53,066 bases of DNA from an uncultured archaeon (GTDB lineage: Archaea; Asgardarchaeota; Lokiarchaeia; Sigyniarchaeales; SOKP01): the NCBI GenBank assembly GCA_964486045.1, contig CAZALK010000024.1, positions 1 through 53,066 on the forward strand, in the 5' to 3' direction. The stretch's first letter is position 1; every line of letters begins with the position of its first letter. Under the pieces are notes generated by a model. It was not told the DNA's origin. It saw only the letters and a list, made by a program, of their open reading frames with translations, and searched no databases. A program made the translations under genes and the position numbers. Positions 42,260 to 49,954 of the stretch are shown piece by piece.

Positions 42260-43615
42260 ATGAAATCAATCTCGAGGAAAGAATTTACTAAATTTAAAGA
42301 CTATTACATTAAGGAATGTAAGGAATGTGGTATCTGCTTTAAAAATTGTTACGCATATAAAAATACCGGATATAAAATTCATAAAACCCTAAAAAGCCTT
42401 TTTCAGAATACTTTAGACAAAAAAAATGTAAAAAGGATTAAGAAATTTTTAAAATCATGTCTATACTGTAAGTCTTGCGAGACCTCTTGTATAAACGGGT
42501 TAGATCTATCAGAACGTCTTGCAGCTATCAAATTTGAATTATTTAAACTTGATAAAAATTATACTTGGCTTCCTCATAATATTCCTTCTATATTCGGGAA
42601 ATTTGTTAATGGGAGAAGAATTGCATATTTGCTTAGGAATATAAATAATTATTTGATACCACCGAAAAATAGAGAAGAATTTGCTAAATATCGAGTCCCA
42701 GAAACACGAGATGTCATATTTTTTTCGGGTTGCGGCATTCAACTGTTAGAGAATCAATATTTTACAATATTAGAGATATTAATTAAGTTGGATATTAACT
42801 TTGGGCTAATAGATGGTTCATTTGATAAACCGTTATGTTGTGGTGCCCATTTTATTGATTATGGCCAATTTGAACATGGTATTCACCTTCTAAAAAATTT
42901 AATGGATGAGATAAAAAAATTTAATACCAAAAAAGTGCTGGTTTATTGTGCATCTTGTTTTTACGGTCTTAAAAAACTTGCTCCCCAATTCATCGAAGAC
43001 TTTGATTTAGAAATTATTTATGCGGCTGATTATTTTGCAGAATTGTTGAAAAAAGATGAAAATAAAGAACTTCTTAACACTCTCAATATTAAATCTAATG
43101 TTATCACGATTCAGGATCCTTGCCACCTTGCACATAGCGGTGATACTTCAAGCATTAGAAATCTTCTTTCCGTTCTCCCAAAAATAAGTATATCCGAAAT
43201 GAAACATAATAAACAGAATTCGATTTGCGATTTATACTGTATATTTAGAGAATTAGACAATCCTCTAAAACTAATCTTGAAAAAAGATATTATGCCAATA
43301 ATCGATGAAGCAGTTGAGTCAAAAGCCGATGTATTATGCTCACTTTGTCCTGGATGCCATGCGTTCTTAACAATATTCGGAGATGGGTTCTCTTCTAGCC
43401 TTGGTTTTAGGAAAAAGAGGATTCTAGTAAAAAATTGGGTTACCATTTTGGGGGAGTACTTGGGAATTAGAAAAAGGGACATGTTGAGTTATAGGCTTTC
43501 TCACTTCATAACAATTCCTTTTAAAGATAGTGGACTATGGTATATATTACAGGCGTTAAAATCATTCGTAAGAGGATATATAGGATTAAAGGAGCCCAAA
43601 TTTTTTAAAACTTAA
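42260..43615 (+). CDS. Fe-S oxidoreductase with CCG domains (HdrD/GlpC-like)
   Basis: CKECGICFKNC, CLYCKSCETSC, FSGC, CCG, CASC, QDPCHL, CPGC. Confidence 0.88.
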   Translation: MKSISRKEFTKFKDYYIKECKECGICFKNCYAYKNTGYKIHKTLKSLFQNTLDKKNVKRIKKFLKSCLYCKSCETSCINGLDLSERLAAIKFELFKLDKNYTWLPHNIPSIFGKFVNGRRIAYLLRNINNYLIPPKNREEFAKYRVPETRDVIFFSGCGIQLLENQYFTILEILIKLDINFGLIDGSFDKPLCCGAHFIDYGQFEHGIHLLKNLMDEIKKFNTKKVLVYCASCFYGLKKLAPQFIEDFDLEIIYAADYFAELLKKDENKELLNTLNIKSNVITIQDPCHLAHSGDTSSIRNLLSVLPKISISEMKHNKQNSICDLYCIFRELDNPLKLILKKDIMPIIDEAVESKADVLCSLCPGCHAFLTIFGDGFSSSLGFRKKRILVKNWVTILGEYLGIRKRDMLSYRLSHFITIPFKDSGLWYILQALKSFVRGYIGLKEPKFFKT

Positions 43616-43636
43616 ATTTTTGGATTTTAATTTCCA

Positions 43637-44017
43637 TTATACCTTTCCATTCAATTTTATCGCAAAATTTTTGAGATAAGATAGTGTTTTAGGGGGATCT
43701 GCTTTTGGCATTGCATATGATACAAGCACGCCTCCTTGAAAAGGGACGACTATCACATGTCCCATCCCACTCTCGTTAGTTCCAATAATTCCTTCATTAG
43801 TAGTTTCAACCACCGAAAATTTATAATCGCTTATAACAAATGAGCGTTCTCCTTTAATTACGTTTAATATCATGTTAGTTTTATTAGTTAGATCCCAATT
43901 ATCTGTCTGATAAACTAGATCACCCGAATCCGAAATAACTGCGAGTCCAGCAATTTTTATATTAGCCTCAAAAGCAGCAATTCCCAAGTCGTCAATAATA
44001 TTTTTAATTTCATCCAT
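43637..44017 (-). CDS. Asgard (Loki-type) profilin
   Basis: 126 aa; IIDDL..GLAVI...QTDNWDL, KFSVVE, IIGTN..GMGHV match remembered Loki profilin motifs (QTENW, KIGTN..GKGH). Confidence 0.82.
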   Translation of the reverse strand: MDEIKNIIDDLGIAAFEANIKIAGLAVISDSGDLVYQTDNWDLTNKTNMILNVIKGERSFVISDYKFSVVETTNEGIIGTNESGMGHVIVVPFQGGVLVSYAMPKADPPKTLSYLKNFAIKLNGKV

Positions 44018-44404
44018 TTTAAGTATCCTAAAGGTTTATTGTTTTAGATATTATTTTTACTATTATCAAAAATTTTATAATTTGAATGTTTAAAAATTTA
44101 TTGCTGAATATTGTACAAGGAGGACGTGTAGATAAAGAATTGATTAAAATACCTTGGTTAAATTTGTCTATGGGAATGTTCTTTACATCCTTAAGGGTCT
44201 CGATGGTTATCATTTGATTTATTAAGAACATTATCTCATTTGGAAACCAATATTGATTGGATTAGTTTAGAACCTAGAACACCTTTCCAAGAATATACTA
44301 AGAAAATCAAAAGGTTTTAAAATTAGTTAAGGTAATCCCAACAATTATTTAAATTCAAGTAGGCATAATAAATCATAATAGAATTTATTTAAAATTGAAT
44401 AAAA

Positions 44405-45238
44405 ATGAGAATTAAAATCTTTTTATTATTATTCGCAGTATTGGGAATCCTTGGGTTCAATATAATTTTACCAGTACATGCAGTCACCAGCCAATGGTTT
44501 CCCAGTGTAGGCACTACAAGTGAATATAATGTGGTAAATTACCTAACAAAATGGGATTACACGCGTGGGGAATCAAATACATTCAATATTTATAATTTTT
44601 CTGGAAACAAATATATTGTTCCCTCATATATGGATTTAAGTTTCCCTCCAATACCGTTACTTTGGGATTCAGTTGAAAATAATTCGCAAATATCAGTTCT
44701 AATTGATTATATGGAGCGGTCATCTACAGAATTGTATAGGAATGTTAGGATCAAGATAAATAATATCATTTACAACAACACAGATTTTAAATTCGTAGGT
44801 TTTAGGGACATTCTTTCTTGGCTTACTTCGGACATGAGTTTTTTTTCAGAATTGAACTACATAAATAGAAATAATTTCCTTCCTAATGATTTTGGGACTT
44901 TCTACGATTACTTTGATTGCTCACTTGGTGTAGGTAGTATACTTCCGGTTGATGTAAAAATAATATCTGTTTCACAGAATTATATAATTGCATCTAGTGA
45001 TACATTAGACACAAATCATACCTATTTAGCAGACTCAAACGGAAGAGTAATCTCTTATACTTTATCTTTTTTCCACCCCGTGATGACGGTGATTGGTCAT
45101 AGATCAACAGCTTTTGTTTTTACTCTTCAAAATGGTTCTTCATTAGAAATCCCAGGATTCGAACTACCTACAATTCTCGGTATTTTTGGAATTATATCTG
45201 TGATTTTAATCAGAAAAAAAAAATTAAATTATAATTAA
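44405..45238 (+). CDS. Secreted/surface protein with C-terminal IPGF sorting signal (Loki-CTERM-like)
   Basis: Signal peptide MRIKIFLLLFAVLG...VHA; C-terminus EIPGFELPTILGIFGIISVILIRKKK. Confidence 0.85.
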   Translation: MRIKIFLLLFAVLGILGFNIILPVHAVTSQWFPSVGTTSEYNVVNYLTKWDYTRGESNTFNIYNFSGNKYIVPSYMDLSFPPIPLLWDSVENNSQISVLIDYMERSSTELYRNVRIKINNIIYNNTDFKFVGFRDILSWLTSDMSFFSELNYINRNNFLPNDFGTFYDYFDCSLGVGSILPVDVKIISVSQNYIIASSDTLDTNHTYLADSNGRVISYTLSFFHPVMTVIGHRSTAFVFTLQNGSSLEIPGFELPTILGIFGIISVILIRKKKLNYN

Positions 45239-45289
45239 CTAATAGGATAAATATTAAAAAAAAGGAAAAAAAATTGATAGAGCTTTGGA

Positions 45290-46132
45290 TTATACCATAA
45301 TTCCTCTACTATTGAGGTAGGCTTCAAGAGTCTGAGCTGTTTCTTTTAATTCGTCAATTCCCACATCTCTCATATCTTCAATTATCCTATCTACTCCAGC
45401 TATAATTTTAGTTTCTGGTTGGAGATCCTCATCATTCAGAAGATCCAACTGATATTTCATTACATAAACAAAATCTATGAATAAATCTGGGGCGGTTTCA
45501 ACACTTCTCTCCCCGGCATTGTAGACGGCTTGTATTAGGTGCATCCATCGATTTAAGGCATTTTCATCTCTTTGCCGAACAATATATTTTAGAAATGAAA
45601 ATTCAAATTCCTCCATAAATGCCTGAATATTATTGCCGTGTGTATCAGTAAACGCCTGTTCAAATCGAGATTTGAATTTATTGAGGTACCACTCAGAAAT
45701 TTCGTCAGGGTTAAGATCGATTGGTAATGTCATTGGTTCTTCTGTATGTAATGCAGGTGGAAAATGTTCTACTCGTATATTTTTGGTTAATTTCATCCAA
45801 AGAGAGACAGATTTAAAATTATTTAAGGTAAAAGGTATAAGTACATGATTCATAGCCCCACATGTAGCCAATTTTTGAAAATGTAATTCATTATCTACCT
45901 CATCATCTTTAAATACATTATTTTCATAATCATATACTTTTATAATAGCTTCACCTGGCTCCACCCAGCACCAGAATCCTTCATGCATTTCTTCATTTAC
46001 TTTAATACTTACATAATGGGGACCTGGACTAACCTCTGAAAAACCTCTAAATCCTCCCCTAATTGGGAAATATAATAAATCTAATTGAACCATTTCTTTA
46101 GGTATATCCCTTAAAATTATATATCCATACAA
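45290..46132 (-). CDS. AAR2-like protein (homolog of the U5 snRNP assembly factor)
   Basis: GGFRGFSEVSPGPHYV (cf. AAR2 FxGvKxIPPGxH), GFW, W..LT..I, EFEFSFL...RWMHLI...YQL (cf. ELQFAF...HWKRLL...HQL). Confidence 0.68.
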   Translation of the reverse strand: MYGYIILRDIPKEMVQLDLLYFPIRGGFRGFSEVSPGPHYVSIKVNEEMHEGFWCWVEPGEAIIKVYDYENNVFKDDEVDNELHFQKLATCGAMNHVLIPFTLNNFKSVSLWMKLTKNIRVEHFPPALHTEEPMTLPIDLNPDEISEWYLNKFKSRFEQAFTDTHGNNIQAFMEEFEFSFLKYIVRQRDENALNRWMHLIQAVYNAGERSVETAPDLFIDFVYVMKYQLDLLNDEDLQPETKIIAGVDRIIEDMRDVGIDELKETAQTLEAYLNSRGIMV

Positions 46133-46279
46133 GTTTATTTCTCACTCTCGCTTTCATTGTTATTAAAATTCTATTTTCTAATTAAATAATGAAAAGTTAA
46201 ATATTTAAGTAACAAATGTCACATAAATAATGTGAATAAAATGAATAACTAATAATAGATTTTAAAATCCCTTTCGATA

Positions 46280-47023
46280 ATGAAATACTCGAAAAGAGTG
46301 CATATTATACCCATAGGTGATGATGAAATAGATAGGATTGTTATTCCAGCTGAAATTGGAAAAGCTGATCGTATATATCTCGTTACAAAAAAAGGAAAGA
46401 ATCTTTTTGCTGATTTAGTAAAAAATTCTAAAAATGTCATTTTAACAAATAGAATAGTGAGGAAGGAAGATCTAATCGAGATCCAATGTGATATATTTAA
46501 TTTTACAGAATTACTTCAAACATTTGCTAAAATAATAAAAACAGAAGTAAAAGAAGGTAAAAATAAAGTATTTTTTAGCCTTTCAACTGGAGGTAATTTA
46601 ATGAGCGCAGCAGGAATGCTTTCTTGTATTCTTTTTGATGCTGAACCATATTTTTTGGTTAAAGATTTTAAGAAAAATAAGATTCCCGTTAACCCCGAGA
46701 TCTTGCCCTTCCCAAAATATAATGTCATTCTTCCTGAGAAATCTCTCATTAATTTTTTATATTCAATGAAAGAAAAAATGAAAATGGATGAAGTAGAAAT
46801 ATTATCAAAAAGGCAGTGTTTATATTTAATGGAGCAATTACACCCTAATGAAGTGTTTTCAAAGACTTCAGGGGATTATAATAAATTGAAATTTAGGTAT
46901 CTGGATAAATTAGAAGAGAGGAAATATATTGAAATAGAAAAAAAACCTCGCGGAAAAATCAGAATCACTAACGATGGTGAATTCGCCCTGAAAATCTTTT
47001 CTATCTATTTTGGATTGGATTAG
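46280..47023 (+). CDS. DUF6293/HFX_2341-like regulator (CARF-like Rossmann domain plus wHTH)
   Basis: RVHIIPIGDDEIDRI, ADRIYL, SLSTGG, C-terminal LDKLEERKYI...ITNDG wing. Confidence 0.78.
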   Translation: MKYSKRVHIIPIGDDEIDRIVIPAEIGKADRIYLVTKKGKNLFADLVKNSKNVILTNRIVRKEDLIEIQCDIFNFTELLQTFAKIIKTEVKEGKNKVFFSLSTGGNLMSAAGMLSCILFDAEPYFLVKDFKKNKIPVNPEILPFPKYNVILPEKSLINFLYSMKEKMKMDEVEILSKRQCLYLMEQLHPNEVFSKTSGDYNKLKFRYLDKLEERKYIEIEKKPRGKIRITNDGEFALKIFSIYFGLD

Positions 47024-47113
47024 GAAATCAAAATTGCAATATTAAATTCAATATTATATTATTCTACAACCCAAAGATCTAATAAGCAACTTGAATTATA
47101 GGAATAGTCAAAG

Positions 47114-48033
47114 ATGAATACAAGCAAAATCATTAAGAATTTTCATAAAAGATTAGAAGATTTGGGATATAAAGGACAGGTAATAAATGCCAAACGCATA
47201 CCGGATTTAAGGAATAACATGGAAACACTCCGCAACCAAAATCATATTCCATTGTATGAGGATTATAAAAGATATTTCGAATTCGAGGTAAAGACAGATT
47301 TTCCTGAGGTCCATTCACTTTTTACTGTCGCTAAACCCGTCCCTCAACATAGAACTATATTTAATTGGATGGAAAAAGAATTACCTTTGATTATTCCCCC
47401 TACTTATTTATATAATAAGCAAATAACTAACGAAATAAAGAATATATTGGCAGAAGTTTTAAGTCCTGAAGGATTTAATTTTACCTATGCTAGGTTGCCC
47501 CAAAAGACTCTAGCAGTGCGAGGTGGATTAGCCGAATATGGTAGAAATAATATATCATATATTCAAGGAATGGGAAGTTTTTATCGCTTAACAACATTTT
47601 ATACTGACTTCCCCGTTGAGGAAGATAATTGGCGAGAACTAAAAATGATGGAACTGTGCAATAAATGCTCTGCTTGCATTAATGATTGTCCTACAGGAGC
47701 AATTTCTACAGATCGTTTTCTTATACATGTAGAACGATGTTTAACTCATCATAATGAACAACCTAGAGGAATTCCCTTTCCTGAGTGGATTAATCCTTCT
47801 TGGCATAACTGTTTAGCTGGGTGACTTCAATGTCAAAAAGTTTGCCCAGCTAATGAAAAGGTTAAAGATTGGATTGAAGCTGGACCTGTTTTTACTGAAG
47901 AAGAAACTAAATTACTTACAAACAAGAATTAGACAATTTACCAACAAAGCTGCTGAGGAAGTTAAAGAAATTTGATTTCCCCCGCTATATTGAGGTTTTT
48001 CCTAGAAATCTTAGTGGAATCATAAAAAAATAG
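47114..48033 (+). pseudogene. QueG-like Fe-S protein interrupted by TGA at a Cys position (47822) and a frameshift near 47925
   Basis: GLAEYGRNN, CNKCSACINDCP; WHNCLAG*LQCQKVCP continues to TAG 47930-47932; tail ELDNLP...FPRNL in another frame ends at 48033. Confidence 0.75.
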
Positions 48034-48044
48034 ATAAATTGTGT

Positions 48045-48125
48045 AATTGCATCCAGATGAAGTGTTCTCTAATACTTCAGGAGATTATAATAAATTAAAA
48101 TTTAGGTATTTAGATAAATTAGAAG
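48045..48125 (+). pseudogene. 81-bp relic of a DUF6293-like paralog
   Basis: 70/81 identical to 46836..46916; reads LHPDEVFSNTSGDYNKLKFRYLDKLE. Confidence 0.85.
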
Positions 48126-48191
48126 GAATAGAAGGAATATTAATAATAATTTGTAAGACAGAAAAAATAATTTTTAACAAGATTAAACCCG

Positions 48192-48254
48192 ATGGAAATA
48201 AAGATTAAAGGAGCAAGAGAAAATAACTTAAAGAACATTATAAATCTTTTTTAA
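48192..48254 (+). pseudogene. UvrA N-terminal fragment
   Basis: MEIKIKGARENNLKNIINLF*, the classic UvrA start motif. Confidence 0.8.
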
Positions 48255-48298
48255 CGCAATTTGAGATCTCACTATAATATTTGTCACCATTGCAACAC

Positions 48299-48332
48299 AA
48301 CTTTGTCACGTTGAGGTGACAAAGTTTAAATA
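48299..48332 (+). promoter_or_regulatory. Perfect 11-bp inverted repeat abutting a TATA-like box upstream of actin
   Basis: AACTTTGTCAC-gttgag-GTGACAAAGTT (48299-48326); TTTAAATA at 48325-48332; extra half-site TTTGTCAC at 48280-48287. Confidence 0.7.
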
Positions 48333-48508
48333 TGGGATTTAATATGATAACAATAACAAATAAGTTTTGTTTAAGTTGGAATTCTTAAAAAGCTTCATGA
48401 ATACTTACTGGTAGATGATTTAAGAAAAAATCACGGTAAAAAAATAATCTGCTATCTATAGTATTATTTATTCCACCAGCAAAACCTTATTGTGAAAGTT
48501 AAATTAAA

Positions 48509-48514
48509 GAGGTG
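48509..48514 (+). promoter_or_regulatory. Shine-Dalgarno GAGGTG for actin
   Basis: Canonical archaeal SD 8 nt before the in-frame ATT at 48523. Confidence 0.65.
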
Positions 48515-48522
48515 GTAAAAAA

Positions 48523-49668
48523 ATTTCAGTCAACGGGGATTTATTAAAAAAAAGAGCAATAGTTTTAGATAATGGAACGGGAATTTCGAAAAATGGGTTT
48601 GCGGGCGAAGATCAGCCACGTTCAGTATTTCCTACCGTAATTGGAAGGCCCAAATACGAAAATATCATGCCTGATGTAAAAGATTATTCGCGAGAATGGT
48701 ATATTGGGGGGGAAGCAACTAAACTAAAAGGGATTATGCACCTCCAATATCCCATCGAACACGGAATAATTGATGACTGGGGAGCTATGGAACGAATCTG
48801 GAATTATACTTTCTATACTGATCTTAGAATTGATCCTTCGGAATTTCCTGTTCTCCTAACAGAGGCTCCATTAAATCCTAGATCAAACAGAGAAAAAATG
48901 ACAGAGATTATGTTTGAAACTTTCAATGTCCCTGCTATGTATATTGCTACTCAAGCAGTCTTGTCACTTTATGCATCTGGACGCGTAACTGGTTGTGTTA
49001 TCGATATAGGTGATGGTGTTTCTCATGTGGTACCAATTTTTGAAGGATTTGCTTTAAGTCATGCAATTCAGAGGATTGATCTAGCCGGGCGAGATGTTAC
49101 CCATTATCTACAAAGGTTGCTAAGACAAAGAGGTTATAACTTTGAAAACTCAGGTGAAAAGGAAATTGTAAGAGATATAAAAGAAAAGCTCTGCTACGTA
49201 GCATTAGATCCTGAGAAGGAAATCATGCTATCAAAGAGGGTTGCCGGAATGGAAAAGAGTTATATGCTTCCTGATGGAGAAGTCATTAATATAGGCATTG
49301 AAAGGTTCTTAGCTCCTGAAAGTTTATTTAATCCAAGCGTACTTGGGAAAGAACTCGACCCTTTAGATGATGTAATAGTTAATACTATTTCTGATTGTGA
49401 AGTGGACTTGAGAAGGGATCTTTACAGTAATATTGTTCTTTCTGGGGGCTCAACGATGTTTCCTGGAGTAAAAGAACGCTTAACTAAGGAGATTAAAGAA
49501 CAGATTCCTGAATCAGTCGATATTAAGATAGTTACTCCTCCTGAAAGGATGTACTCTGTTTGGATTGGAGGGTCAATATTAAGCTCTTTGAAGTCTATGA
49601 ACAGGATGTGGGTCACCAGGCGAGATTATAAAGAATTAGGCCCTGAAGTGATTCACCGGTGTTTTTAA
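48523..49668 (+). CDS. Eukaryote-like actin (Lokiactin-type), 381 aa, probable ATT start
   Basis: [25 protein letters not shown] (upstream of the ORF-track ATG), [56 protein letters not shown]. Confidence 0.95.
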   Translation: MSVNGDLLKKRAIVLDNGTGISKNGFAGEDQPRSVFPTVIGRPKYENIMPDVKDYSREWYIGGEATKLKGIMHLQYPIEHGIIDDWGAMERIWNYTFYTDLRIDPSEFPVLLTEAPLNPRSNREKMTEIMFETFNVPAMYIATQAVLSLYASGRVTGCVIDIGDGVSHVVPIFEGFALSHAIQRIDLAGRDVTHYLQRLLRQRGYNFENSGEKEIVRDIKEKLCYVALDPEKEIMLSKRVAGMEKSYMLPDGEVINIGIERFLAPESLFNPSVLGKELDPLDDVIVNTISDCEVDLRRDLYSNIVLSGGSTMFPGVKERLTKEIKEQIPESVDIKIVTPPERMYSVWIGGSILSSLKSMNRMWVTRRDYKELGPEVIHRCF

Positions 49669-49954
49669 AATAACTACACAGAATTTGAGGGATGATAATG
49701 ATGATGATAACAATTGTGTGGATGGATGGGATTCCATGTATTTTATTGCCTGTGGGAGCAATTTCATTTGCTGATATGGGAATAAGCAACCCTACAAACT
49801 CATCACGACATAAGAACTATACAAAACTGCAAAAAATTAAGGAGAACGATTGCCTAAGAGACCTATTAGGAGAACTAAAGGATAAATTTAAAGACAAAAA
49901 AAAATAATAACCTAATTATTGCTAACTAACAAAATTTTTTATTAATTTTTTTAC

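Noticed and set aside
44028-44231. 67-aa ORF upstream of profilin
   Set aside because: No motif; probably spurious or a degraded fragment
31673-47824. Genome-wide reassignment of TGA (for example to Gly or Trp), suggested by two in-frame TGAs
   Set aside because: Many intact genes end naturally at TGA (381, 4107, 5211, 6549, 25588), and the two cases imply different residues (Gly versus Cys)
48057-48079. SECIS element (ATGAAGTG...TACTTCA hairpin) for the QueG-like UGA
   Set aside because: The hairpin is short, lacks SECIS geometry, and is explained as part of the DUF6293 gene relic
48667-49668. 333-aa actin as given in the ORF track
   Set aside because: It lacks the essential DNGTG phosphate loop, which is encoded in frame upstream; extended to 48523
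49692-49907. 71-aa ORF between actin and the profilin-HTH gene
   Set aside because: Low-complexity start (GAT/AAT repeats) and no recognisable motif; cannot tell a gene from a relic
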